From the NCBI RefSeq assembly GCF_009834535.1, contig NC_045696.1, forward strand, positions 97,838,001-97,902,000: a DNA stretch of 64,000 nucleotides, written 5' to 3'. How positions within the stretch are numbered: the stretch's first letter is position 1; the number at the start of each line of letters is the position of its first letter. A program made the position numbers and the translations under genes. The notes below the pieces were generated by a model. It made no database searches. It had not been told where the DNA came from and saw only the letters and a list, made by a program, of their open reading frames with translations. Shown here piece by piece: positions 13,451-26,048 of the stretch. This stretch comes from Camelus ferus (Eukaryota).

Positions 13451-14110
13451 AAGCAGAGTCTCCTAGTTTTTTTCTATTACATCCTTCAACTAAAAGTGTG
13501 TTACAGTCCAACCTTCATAGATATATGGTTATTAATTAGATATTTGTGCCACTGTATTCATGTATTTTATGCATTTCCAAAGATGCACACAAAATATAAA
13601 AGTAAAAGGGAGGAGAGAGAGTCTTTTTTTATTTTAATATTTTCTTCCTATTAGTTTTTGAAAACCACACCTGGAGAGGATTAGAGAAGGGGAGAAACCA
13701 GAGGCCTGGACATCAGGCAAATGGCCTTCCAGTCACACAGGTGACAGATCGTGAAGGTCTGACCCAAGGCAGTTAAATGGGAACACACACTCTTAATAGT
13801 CAAAGCCTTTTGTGATACTTTAAATGTATAGACATATTTAAGTATCCACCACTTTAAGCATCCTTAGTTGTGAAATAGTCTAGAACAACCCAATTGTGTT
13901 AAAGTCAGTGCCTCATTTCCTCAGGCAAGGAAATCTCTCTAGCATTAGACACACCCATGGATAGAGGGGTTGGTCATGTTAAACAGCTCCGTAGCTGGCT
14001 TTAAAGTTCTCAGGGCCTCTGAGAATATCCATGATACTTTCTGTGCATGTTTTGTTTATAAATATTATTTCAAATCTTTGTTGAATATAATACACTGTGA
14101 CCCCCCACAG

Positions 14111-14244
14111 CAATTAATGGAAGAGGGTCCGGAAATAACCAAGGCCTGACATTTCAGGATGAAGTGAACTGGTATCTGATCAGCACGGGGAGCCAGTCTG
14201 ACCTGCACACGGTTCACTTCCACGGCCACAGCTTTGCGTACACA
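14111..14244 (+). pseudogene. CP-like pseudo-exon (CP exon 17 equivalent) with HxxHxH motif
   Basis: [44 protein letters not shown]; cag/gtaag boundaries; open frame with a 2-codon deletion. Confidence 0.93.
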
Positions 14245-15189
14245 GTAAGAGCCCTGGGCAGCTCCACTTAATTACTGTGGTAACTTGTAATCCAAGGGTG
14301 GGGCAGCATGGCAAGTTAACAGGACGGGAAAGGAAACGACCAAGCCAAAACCGAGGTTCAATACATACAATCTACAATATAGCTGATGCCAGTGAATAAT
14401 TATACATTTAGCACTTTATATCCCACAGACATCGAGAAGTGCTTGTGAACACACGAGTGGCATTTCTTACTGTAGTCTGACGTTACTGAAGAAGTGAAAA
14501 GACATCTATCTATAACCATCTTTAGTTTCACCCCTTCTATCCTTATTCTTTTAGTTTTCAAACACTCAGTAACATAAAAGAAAAATACCTTGAATAAACA
14601 TATACATTTTGCCACATTTGCTTTCTCTCTCTCTGTGAATTTTTCTGAATCCAGTTGAAAGTAAACTGCAAACATCATGTCTCTTCTCCCCTCAATTCTA
14701 ATGCACATGCATCCTAAGAGTAAAGACAATCTCTGCCTCAACCACAATAACAGTATCACACCCCTCAAAGTTAACATTAATTCAATAACGTAACCTAACA
14801 TACAGTCCATTCAAATACCACCAGTTGTCCCCCAAACACTCTTTGTAATTTTTTTTAATTCAAGATCTAATAATTTATACTTAGCATTTGGTTGTCATTG
14901 CCATATCTTTCCTAAAATAGGAGACTTCTGCCTTTTTTCTCTTAATCTTTCATGACATTTCACGTTTGAAGAGTCCAGGCCAGTTTTCTAGAATGTTCCA
15001 CATTCTGAATTGTTCTAATTGTTTCTCCGTGACTGGATCCACATCAAACATCTTTAGGAAGAACACTGCATAGGTAATACCGTGTACTTCCCACACATCG
15101 CATCAAGAGGTACATGATGGCAATGCAATATATTGTATATGTTTAGTCAAATGGTAACAATTCTACCTAATAAAACTGAAAAATGAAAA

Positions 15190-15373
15190 GAAAAAATAAA
15201 CAAGGACCTACTGTATAGCATGGGAACTATACTCAATTCCGTGTAACAAGGTATAATGGAAAAGAATCTGAAATGATATGTATTTGTATGTGTATAACTG
15301 AATTGCTGTGTGGTACCCCTGAAACCAACATTGTAAACCAACTACACTTCAATAAAAAATAAAATTTAAAAAA
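15190..15373 (+). mobile_element. L1 3'-end fragment inside an older L1-like segment (~14600-15650)
   Basis: aaacaaggacctactgtatagcatgggaactat...cttcaataaaa followed by an A tail. Confidence 0.75.
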
Positions 15374-16743
15374 AGAGGTGCATGACAGCAGCGGGTCCTA
15401 ATACTGTTAAGGCTAAGTTTGATGACTTTATTAAGGTGATGTGTACCATTCTCCCCATTTTAAAAGTGTCATCTTCCTGTTGCAATTAATAAGTAGTCTG
15501 TAAAGTGACTTTTATATATTTTATTCTACACCAATTTTTCATCTTGTAGTTTTAAAAAGAATCCATTGAGGATCCTTGTCTGACTCAATTTTTATAATGG
15601 GGGTTACAAATTGTGGCTTTCTAAATCCATCATTCCTTTAACATTTGATATAAAATTAAAATGTGGAGCTAGGTGTCAACTGGTTTTATGGTAGCTTTAT
15701 TATTATCATATTATTGCTGTCTTTTTTTATTTTATGGGTTCTTAGTCTCTTTGTATCTTCTGTCTAAATTGCTTTCCATCACCCTACCAGTCATAACTTG
15801 ACAGTTTTTTTTAACTGACCACTTTCTATGGGGGTTTCTCTAATTTATTATAAGTATTTTCAATTTTATCTTTTCTCTTTCTCTTTTTAAGTTAGTTTCA
15901 TTTATTTGCTTAAAGAGCATTCTCTTTATTTCCTCATCCTAATCCCTTATATAGACGTGAATGTGCAATGGAAGACTAATTGTATTTTATGCCGTGACAC
16001 CTCAAACTTTTAACCCAACCACTTGGCATGACACAGTCTGTCTTTTACACATAGATAGAAGCTTCACATAAAGCTTGCCTGAATTCTAGGTGTATTCTAT
16101 TCAGTTCATAGTTTCTTTAATGCTCTGGGCCTATCATAGAAATAAATAAGTGTGCATGACTTACTTTACACAAAGCTTTACAGGCGTGTTTCTTTCTTTC
16201 CTTTAATAAACAAATGTATCCCTCTTAAACCTTTCTTTTTGTTGCTTAAAAACTGTTTTTAGTACAGGGAATTTCATATAATAAAGTAGACAGAATAATA
16301 TAATGAACCCCTTCACCCACTGCCCAGGTCCAACAATCATGACCTTTCCATGCTTCTTTCTGTGTTTTTAAGGACAAGCCTAGATTTTAAGGTTGCTATT
16401 AATGAGAGGAGATGAGAAGAAATCAGTTATCTTTCAGGGGTTACATCTACATAAATGACCGTATTATAAGGTGTCCAGTTAAGTGGAATGCATGGTAGCA
16501 TTTCTATAATGATAGTTACGGCTGGCCTTTATTCAGTCTGTATGTGCAAGATGCTGTGCTGAGTGCTTGGCGTGGATTTCTCATTAAACCCCTACAACTT
16601 TCCTATGAAATAGGGACTATTTTATCACCATTCTGTAGGGAAATGAAATGAAGGGTTAACAAGACAAAGAACTTGCCTGGAAGCAGGAAGTGTTAAATGT
16701 AGGACTTGAACCCTTGGGTCTCACTCCAAAGCCCCTCACTCTT

Positions 16744-17299
16744 TTTTTGTATTAAAGTTTAGTAGATTTACAATGTTGTGGTAATTTCTGGTGTACAGCA
16801 TAGTAATTCAGTTATACATATATATATATATATATATATATTCTTTTTCATCTTCTTTTTCATCATAGGTTATTATAAGATATTAAATATAGTTCCCTAT
16901 GCTATACAGTAGGACCTTGTTATTTACCTATATATTTGTATATAGTAGTTTGTATCTGCTAAATCCAAACTCCTAATTTATCTCTTCCCCTTTCCTTTCC
17001 ACTTTGGTAACCATAAGTTTGTTTTCTATGTTTGTGAAACTCTTTCTGTTTTGTAAATAAGTTCATTTGTATCATTTTTTTAAGATTCCACATGTAAGTG
17101 ACACCATATAATATTTGTCTTTCTCTGTCTGACTTACTTCAGTTAGTATGACAATCTCTAGGTCCATCCATGTTGCTGCAAATGGCATTATTTCATTCTT
17201 TTTGTGGATGAGTAGTATTCCATTGTGTCTATATACCATGTCTTCTTTATCCAATCACCTATCGATGGACATCTAGGTTGGCTATTGTAAATAGTGCAG
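16744..17299 (-). mobile_element. 5'-truncated L1 (ORF2 C-terminus + 3' UTR)
   Basis: ORF 17072-17254 KKNEIMPFAATWMDLEIVILTEVSQTEKDKYYMVSL is the L1 ORF2 end; TSD gccc(c/t)tcactctt. Confidence 0.9.
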
Positions 17300-18404
17300 A
17301 GCCCTTCACTCTTAACCTCTTCACAAAGCTGCATCCCTTCAGAATGATCCTTATTTATACCATGGAGCCTGGTATCACCCGCTATAGACTCTAGTCACTC
17401 ACTCTACCCCCATCACAGATGGTCACAAGCAGTCTTCCCCCTTCCCTTGAGGAGGGATTTAATTACTCCAGCAATGATGCAGCTGCTGGGCTTTATTCCC
17501 GGGAACATCTACGGACAGCAGAGCAGCCCTCTGGGGTTACTAGCTGGATCTTGGGACCAGCCAGCCAATCACCTCCTATTTTCTAAGGCTGTGGTTTCCC
17601 TTGCTGCCAGGGCTCCAGGTACACATGGGACATTTACTGGTACCTTGGACCTTGTCAGTTCTTAGTTAACATTGTTACATATTGTTCTCTAAATTTTATG
17701 ACATCTTAGAAGTGTACCTGTGTCATCCATGTTATTGTCACCTTCAGTGCAAAATTATTTTCTCTAAATAGCAATGGCTCAAGCCCCTACTCTGCCTCCA
17801 GCCGGAGACTGCAGCCTTCCCCCTCCTGATCTCCCAGTGTCACCAGGGAGTCTGGAGAGCCTGCATTTCTTCTAGCCACTGCCAGCTCTCATTTCCTGCT
17901 TCTGCTCAGCTTCCTTGCTTCTCCCCTCCTGTGGCTGGTATTTTCCCATGTCTCGGTGGAGTTCCAAATTGGAGCGCACCCCCCCTTTCCTGTGATTCAC
18001 CTAAGCAAGCACAAAATCAAGGCCATTGTCGGTCATAGACTTCAAGTGAGGGTTTGAGGGTAAGTGAGAGGGTTTTGGGTTTTTTTCTGTATTACACAGT
18101 GAAAGCAGTACTATTTGTTGCCGCCATTTGACATTAACCTCCCCTGACTTCAGTTATCCCTCCACTGTGCACGCTGGGAACCTCTGACTCTCCTGCTTTT
18201 TACTTTCGCCCTCAAGACTTCTTTCTCAGTGTTCTTCCTTTCCAGACCTGACTTCTCTCCTGACCTTGAGCTGCACTCTCCAACACATCCCCCATCCTCC
18301 AAAAACCTCCTATCTGTCATGCAGAGAACTTCATGAAATTTGTATTCTCTTCCTAACCCATCCGAGCCAGTCCCCCGGCTCCATTTATCAAAATCAAAAT
18401 AGCC

Positions 18405-18708
18405 CTGTACTATACAGAAGGAATTTTGTTTTTTTTTTTAAATCTATTTTTAAATATAGTGGTTAACATCTGCAAATCTCAAACTCCCAAATTTATCCCT
18501 TCCCACCCTCTTTCCCCAGTAGTCATAAGATTGTTTACTATGTCTGTGAGTCTGTTTCTGTTTTGTAGATGAGTTCATTAGTGTCCTCTTTATTTCAGTT
18601 TAGTTTAGTTTACTTTAGCTTAGTTTCCACATACGAATATTATCATATGGTATTTCAGTATCTTGTAATAACCTTTAATGAAAATGAATATATGTATATA
18701 TATGCAAA
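18405..18708. mobile_element. 5'-inverted short L1 insertion
   Basis: Minus-orientation L1 3' UTR block followed by the adjacent block in + orientation; TSD aaaat(c/t)aaaatagcc. Confidence 0.75.
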
Positions 18709-18929
18709 AAAATTAAAATAGCCTATGGACAAGGTAGTCTCCCAAACATCAGGTTCTCTGCTTCGGAGAGAAAATAGCCATGAAGCCCTCAGCCCTCAGG
18801 CCCAACCCCAGACAGCAGGCATAGCTCCTGTCCTGTCACCCTGAGTTTTCCTGATTAGCTGCATCCGGAGAAACGATCATCTTCACATCACCAACATTCC
18901 TAGTTAGAAATATTTCAGTTAAAACCCTT

Positions 18930-19105
18930 GGATAAACAGCAAGTTTCTACTGTATAGCACAAGGAACTATATTCAATATCTTGTAGTAACCTATAACGAA
19001 AAAGAATATGAAAACAAATATGTGTATGTATGTGTATGATTGAAACACTATACTGTACACCAGAAATTGACATATTGTTAACTGACTATACTTCAATTTA
19101 AAAAA
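18930..19105 (+). mobile_element. L1 3'-end fragment
   Basis: ggataaacagcaagtttctactgtatagcacaaggaactatattcaatatcttg...ctatacttcaattt. Confidence 0.78.
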
Positions 19106-19955
19106 TCTAATCATGAGGAAACATCAGACAAACCAAAAAAGGGAGACATCTACAAAATAACTGGTTTGTATTTTTCACAAGCAACAAGGTTTTGAAAGTC
19201 AAGAAAAAACTGAAGAATCATTTCTAACTGAAGGAGTCTAAGGAGCTAAGACAGCTAAATGAAACAAGTGGCTTCCCACTGGATCCTACGATGACATTGT
19301 CAGGACAATTGGCAAAAGCTGCAAGGGATACGGGGACGAGGTGGCAGATTAGATGGTGAAATGTATTTGTGTTAATTTTCTGATTTTGATGATTGTGTCA
19401 TGGATATATAGGAGAAGGTCCTTGTTTATAAAAAATATACATACCACAGTTTTGGGAAGTAATGAGAAAACATGTCAGCAACTTATTCTGAAGTTGCTGA
19501 GGAAAACCAAGCTATTTTCACTATACTTTGAACTTTTTTGTAACTTTGAGATTATTTCCATTTTATTAAGTAAAATAGCAATAACAATACTGATGATGAT
19601 GACCAAAAAAAAAAAAAAAAAAACCACACACACACACTTTGGGATTTGTGAAACTGGTGTTCTCTGCACTAGAGTGTTCTGTATGAGATGCTGAAAAGGT
19701 AGCTAACACTGACAACAACACAGGCATCCTTTTAGAGTGAGATGTTTGCCCTGTGGCTTGTCACTGAATGTCCTGGGACTTGCTCCTCCTCCAAACTCTC
19801 AGCTGCACTCAGAGGAGAAGCGCAGTGGTACCTAAAGCTTTCTGACCATCACCTAACAAAATATACAGAAATGAGGAGTTACAGCAAATGGTAAGGTGTG
19901 TAAATGACTGATACCTCTTATATGCTATTTAATGGTGTTTTGTCTTTTTGTTGAG

Positions 19956-20115
19956 GATTCGAGACTGTATCACTCTGATGTTTATGACCCTCCTGGGGCC
20001 TATTAAACTGTGAAAATGTATCCAAGAGATGTTGGAACCTGGTTATTTCACTGCCATGGCAGTGTTCACCTTGGTGCTGGAATGGAAAGCACTTACCCTG
20101 TAATCGAGTGAACAG
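19956..20115 (+). pseudogene. CP-like pseudo-exon (CP exon 18 equivalent) with HCH-x3-H-x4-M motif
   Basis: DSRLYHSDVYDPPGAY*TVKMYPRDVGTWLFHCHGSVHLGAGMESTYPVIE*T; TAA at 20004-20006, TGA at 20109-20111; donor reads GGaag. Confidence 0.92.
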
Positions 20116-23100
20116 GGAAGCCAAATTCATTAGAAGTGATGGTATTTAAACTCAGTGTTTATATAAGAATATCAGATCCACTGGACATTTACATGATGTG
20201 ATACACCACTCATTCATTCAAAGATTGCTGCTTTGATATGACCAAGGTACCCTAGTTTTATTTTCTTTATCAAACTTAGGTAACTGTGTCTGATCTGATA
20301 AAAGATCTTAGAGTTAAATGTAATTTCTAGATTTATATAATATATGCATAAGGATTTGAACAGAAAATTCATAGAAGATGAAATACAAATGACAATTGAA
20401 CCTATAAAGATATCTAAACTTGCTCATAATCAAATCACTTAAAAATTGCATTTAAACAACAGTATGGCAATTTTTGAATGAAGAAGCTATCAACTTGGCA
20501 AAGATTTCTTTTTTCAACTATAGTGTCAATAACAGTGTAGTGAGATGGTGCAGTGCACAGACTTTGGTGGAAGTATAAACTGTTTCCACAACTCTGGAAA
20601 GAAACAAAGTAACAATTCTAATTAATTTTATTTTCACATTCAAGTGACACTTTATTTCCTCTCATTCCCAACTCCCCTTTCTCCAACACATTTTATTAGC
20701 ACCTTCAATATGAAAACGTGTCTTTGTTACTGAGATTTCCATCAGTTCCTTAGTTCCTTAGTTCCTTAGACCATTCACGAATTCATTGTCCTTTGGTCTT
20801 TCAACAGAATCATTCTAATATTTTGACTCCGTAATTTTACCTGCCAGTTGATCTCAGAAAATTATCAACAATGCTGAAAAATATTTATCGCTGTGTTATT
20901 TTGTGCTAGTGGAAAACTTGAAAACTAGGAAATTTATCAGTTGAAATATTATCCAACTTTAAAATTCATGCCTTAAACTGTTAATGTGAAAATGCTTATA
21001 ATATAATACTAAGTGATACAAAAGGAGTTTACAAAATAGTATTTGAAATATAATCCATATATATAAAAATATATATAGACTAAACAGAAATGTACTGAAA
21101 TGTTAATGGTGACTCTGTCTAGGTGGTAAAATTATGAGTGAGGTTTATTTCATTCTTGTGCTTTTCTGTTTCTGCCGAGGTTACAGTAATGTTTAAATTA
21201 TTTTTAAAATCAGGAAAACCATTGGGCACGTATATCACATGCTGTTTAAAATATTCTGTGCTGCCCTGCATCTCTGTGGGTATTTTGTCCTTAGGGGGCC
21301 TTCGAGGGGCTGAAGGGGCAGCTGAAGCTGGGGGCAGAGGGTCAGTGTGGACTGTTCCTCAGAATCCTCTCTGAATATAAGGGCTACCTTTTTCACAAAA
21401 ACAAAAACTTAGCCCAAAATATAATTTTTACCTACTACATCATATTACTACCAACACTAATATTATTCATAATCCAGGTATAGTCATTATGACCCTTATT
21501 CATATAATCATTCGTATTCATTCTTAGTAGAAGAGATTTGGGGGTGCTGTCCAAGAAACAAATCCCCGATTTATAACATGGTTTTTTTGGGAAACTTAAT
21601 TTTGCATTACAAATAATATAATATAAAATAATATAATATAAACTTGATTGGGTTTACAGGTCTTCTGTCCACATGGCAGAATGACACTGATGTTGCTATC
21701 GAAGTAGGATGTAGATTTTTTTCTTGCCAAAGCAATGGCAGTCATTTTAAGGATGTTCTTAAGACATATATGAACTTTGTGTTTTTTTCCTTAAAGGTAT
21801 GTAATCATTTCAGTTTAATATTCCAACCTAAAACTCCACGACTTTCTTTCCTACTGCATGTCTGCCTGACATGAATGTTGACAAGTCCAGGGGCAGAGCT
21901 AAAGTTGCAGAAAGAAGAAAAACTTCAGGGATGAAGGAGTGTACAGGGGGCCGTCTAAAGACTTTCATGGAGAATGTGCCAGGAAAATTAGCTTGAAATA
22001 AGAGCTTTCTTGGAAAACTTTGTGTATAAGCTGCTTTCTCTTTCTGTAAACTGTTGTCCCTAGAGTCGAGTCTGCAGGGGTGTAACAAGGCTTTTAACAA
22101 ACAGCAGTGGGGAGGGGGTCAGCAAGAGGGCCAAAAAGAGCAGGTGCAGACAGAAGTCTAGCTCAGTTTAAAAAAATACCATCCAAGACTTTAACCTAAA
22201 CCGTGACATTTGCAGACATTTTTTTAAAAAAATGAAATTCTCATAGCCTGGTAAACATTGCAGTCAGTCTTTAAAATGCAAATCCATATACTGTACTGCC
22301 CCGTAGGCTTGGAAGATCACAGGCTTCAGAACATATAAGCTCTAGTTTTCCGGAACCAAAAATAACGACTCATGCTCTGAACTTCCAGCTAGCAATAGTA
22401 ACAGCCAGGGTGCCTTCTGCTACAAGTAACAGAAAACTGAGCTAGGAGGGGATTACCAGTGGTGTTTGTCTCAGATTGTTTTTTTCTTTAAGTTAGGAGA
22501 CAGGTGGATACTAGCGTTTGTTCAGCAACTTGATGATGTGAGAGCCAGTGTCTTTAATGCCTCTGGCCTTTCCCTCGTGACTGTTGCCTCATGGTTGCAA
22601 GATGTTTACTGCAGCTCCAAATATTACTTCCAGGTTGAAAGCGGAGAAGAAGGGAAAAGGAGTGGCACCAACCACACCTTTTCGTTTCACCAGGGAAGCA
22701 GAACTCTTGGAAGGAGCCCCAGCCAACTTCTGCCTGTGTCTCACTGGTTTTCATTACCTCACTGTCTGGCTAATTCTAACTGCAAAGAAGACTGGAAACG
22801 AGCTTTTGTGGCCTCTGCAACGAAAATAACAAGGAGAAGGAATTTAAAATGTCTTGTGGTTTGGCTAATAAGCCTCTAACTTAGACAATAAGTAAGAGTG
22901 TTTGAAATCAGGAATTGGCTAAACAAAAGGGTTCAGCATGAGAACTGAAACCAAAGTCAGACTTTTCCCTTTTTTACATCTTAATTTCATAAATAATACA
23001 TGAAAGCAAATCCCTGACATCATATCATTTCACCCAAAATACTCCAATATGTGTCTTCAGAAGACTTTAAAAAATTAATAAACTAATCATGCTATTGTAA

Positions 23101-23817
23101 CATGAAACAAAATTAACAATACTACTTCACTTTTTGATATTGAAACTAACCAGAACCTGTAAAATATGGATGCAACTAGAGTCACCCCCTCCCCAGGAAG
23201 CATACAAGAAGCGTAAAGGTAGTGCTGATAAAATTGAATATTCTTCAGTAAACTGAAAAAGATGTTGCCCAAATCTCACCAAGAATAATGCCTAATTCAT
23301 CCACTCCTTCATTTATTTAAGAGCACAATCGTAGGCTTTAGAATTCGGAGATGGACAGGAGTCACAGACTATTAAAATAGACCCTGATTTAACTGGTATG
23401 TGAAGTGTGATTTGGTGAGTGGAGTGGAATGGAAGGGCTGCCCTTTGTATGCATCCTTAACAGGGAAGAGTTAAAGACTAAGAATGCGTCAGTAGGATGT
23501 GTCTCCTGTACAACTGCAGGAAGGTGCTCTTATCCTAATGATGACTACTGTTTTTAAACAGAAATATTGTTAGTGCAAAGAAATCGAAGAAAAAAAAGTA
23601 AAGGAATATGCTTTATGGATACACACTCTTTTGTTCAAATTTTATACTTCCCAAGAAAACTGTATTTCAAAATACGATATTGTGAGTAGATCTATAAACA
23701 AAACTTTTCAAAAGACCAATAATATATGCCCATCTCCCTTTACTTTCCAATGATAAATTGTCATATTGATTTATTCTCCAGGTCTGGCTGCAATCAATCA
23801 TCAGCCCTCTAAACCTG

Positions 23818-23932
23818 ATCGTCTTTATGCAAATAGAGAAAATGAAGTTCTGAATCTGTCAACTGACAACCCAATCATCTTTATGCAAATAGAGCAAATG
23901 AAGTTCTGAATTTGTCAACTGACAACCAAATC
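23818..23932. repeat. 56-bp tandem duplication
   Basis: Two copies of tctttATGCAAATagag(a/c)aaatgaagttctgaat(c/t)TGTCAacTGACAacc. Confidence 0.93.
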
Positions 23933-24177
23933 CTGGACAGACCCCTTCCAAAGTGCAGGGAGCCATGGAGGTCCAGCCTAAGACGACCTGGAGCCATGCT
24001 CGCAGGACCTCTGGAGCACAGTGCCTATCTGGGTCACTCAAGCCTGTAATAGAACTCCAGCTACTCTACTCACTAGCTGTGGAGTCCTGGGCAAGGTATA
24101 AAATCTCTCCCATGCATGGTTTCTTCATCTGTAAAAAGGACAATAGACCAAAATGGAATCACTTATGCTAACTCTGG

Positions 24178-24508
24178 TGTCACAAAACTGAGATTTAATA
24201 CTTAAAATTACAGTTTTGCCTTCTTCCAGGAATGGGATTTTAGACCAGTTAGGCTGGAATTACTTGGTCAGTGCTAGTGAGATGATCTGCCTGGCAGACC
24301 CCTGTCGCCCCCTAAAGGAAGACGGCCTTGCCATCACCAGTCCTCTCTTTGCTAGTGCAACTTCCTTGTCCTGCTCTCTTTTGCCTGTAAAATTCTCATT
24401 GTGTACCACTCCTCGGAGCTCCCTTCTGCTTGCTAGACAGGATACTGCCCTACTCGTGAGTCAATGAATAAAGCCAAATTATATTCAGTTGAATTTTGTT
24501 TTTTAATA
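24178..24508 (+). mobile_element. Solo LTR (ERV1-like)
   Basis: TG start, AATAAA near 24467, U5-like ttgaattttgtttttaa end. Confidence 0.6.
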
Positions 24509-24517
24509 GTGGTGTTC

Positions 24518-24983
24518 TGTAGGCAAAATAATGACCCCTCCCAAGATGTCCACATCTTAATCCCTGTAACCTGTGAGTATGTTAGCTTATATTGCAAAGA
24601 AGAACTAAGGTTGCTAATCAGCTAACCTTGAGATAAGGAGATTATCCAGGATTGTCATGGTGGGTCCTTAATAGAAGAGGAGGCAAAAGAGGTCACAGCG
24701 ATGCAATGGAAGAAGAACTCCACCTGCCACTGTTAACTTTGAAGATGGGAGGGGGCCATGAACCAAGGAATGTGGGCAGCCCCTGGAAACTGGAACAGGC
24801 AGAAAACGGCTTCTCCTCTAGAGCCTCCAAAAAGAAACACAGCCCCAACTGACACCTTGATCTTAGTCCAGTGACACACATGTCAGATTTCCGGCATACA
24901 GAACTGTAAGATAACAAATGTATGTTGTTTTAAGCCACTAAATTTGTGGCAGTTTTTTACAGCAGCAATGAAAAATGAATACA
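24518..24983 (+). mobile_element. MaLR LTR (MLT1C/D-like)
   Basis: gatgtccacatcttaatccct...ttctcctctagagcctcc...ttttaagccactaaatttgtgg...aatacA. Confidence 0.85.
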
Positions 24984-25261
24984 TCTGTCTGATTGGTTGT
25001 TGTGAGAATTAAATGAAATAAAATTTATAAGACTGTTGCACTGTGCTGGCACATGGTCATCAGCTAACAATTGTGAATAACTGCTATTGTAGTTAACAGT
25101 TATTCGTTCTTTTAATATTTATTAAGCTCTGTGTCAAGCCCTATGCTAAGGGCTTGGAATTCGATATAAAACCAGGCATAATCATTTTCCCCAAGGAGTC
25201 CCAGTCTACCTGAGGCAACAGTCACACAAAGAGATTATTCAGATATGAAACATGTATTAAT

Positions 25262-25810
25262 TGTGTTTTTAATTTTCAATATTTTATGATGCTTTGACAT
25301 CTTCAGAGGACCTTGCTAGCTGGGGAGAGACTGCCATTCCCAGAGCTAGTTAATTCCTAGAGATAGTAAACAACCTGTCAATGAGCCAGACTTTTATATA
25401 CAAACCAAACAATCGCAAGTCCATATCCCCAGCAACATCTATCACCTAACTCTCCACACCAAGCCAATACTTCCTTGCCCTAAATCAACCTGAGCCAAGT
25501 ACCAGATGACCAGAGGCAGTCCCCATGCCCTAAAGCCTGCTGGAAGTATTCAGACTAGCCAGTCCTGAACTGTTTATTGTGCCCTGCCTTGTCTTTTTCA
25601 CAGAAACCCCAATAAAGCCTGTGGCTTATGCTTCCCCCTGGCTCCTGCTACTGAGCCACTCTGGTGCCTCTCCATGTGACTCTCTGTGACAGGTCTGCCT
25701 CTCATTTCCAGGGGATCTTTGAGTCACAATACACTTTTCTTTCAATGGCATTGGCTTCTTCCTGTCATCACTCAGTCACCTTTTGTAAATTAAGACCTGG
25801 ACACAAATCA
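25262..25810 (+). mobile_element. ERVL-type solo LTR (MER54-like)
   Basis: tgtgttttt...gatgctttgacatctt...attcctagagatagtaaac...aataaa; family assignment from memory. Confidence 0.6.
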
Positions 25811-25860
25811 AAGCGTTAAGCACTATGCAGAGTGCATCACCCCAGCATGGAAGAGAAGCA

Positions 25861-26048
25861 AGAGGGAATGAGATCAGGCAAGGGAGGGAGACTTTTCAAG
25901 AAAGCCACCCATGGAAGTTCTATGTAACAAACCTTGTGAATAAGTTATTCTTTAATCTTTTGTAAAAATAATTCTAGTATTGTGGTTCTCTTTTAGTGTT
26001 AATAAATCATATATCTAGATTTATATATCATTCAAGGGAGTGAGGGGA
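25861..26048. repeat. Inverted repeat, left arm (~188 bp)
   Basis: Reverse complement of 27425-27613, roughly 85-90% identical by eye. Confidence 0.92.

Larger units (their letters stand above)
1705..20115 (+). pseudogene. CPHL1P: Unprocessed ceruloplasmin-like multicopper oxidase pseudogene (3' half, exons equivalent to CP 10-18; 5' half lies upstream of the window)
   Basis: Nine exon-like blocks occur in CP order with CP intron phases and near-CP lengths, and carry multiple stops, frameshifts and splice lesions. The tandem head-to-tail position upstream of CP matches the recalled position of human CPHL1P. The symbol is assigned by synteny (inference). Confidence 0.9.

Noticed and set aside
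20744..20769. (agttcctt)x3 repeat
   Set aside because: Ordinary micro-duplication with no supporting context.
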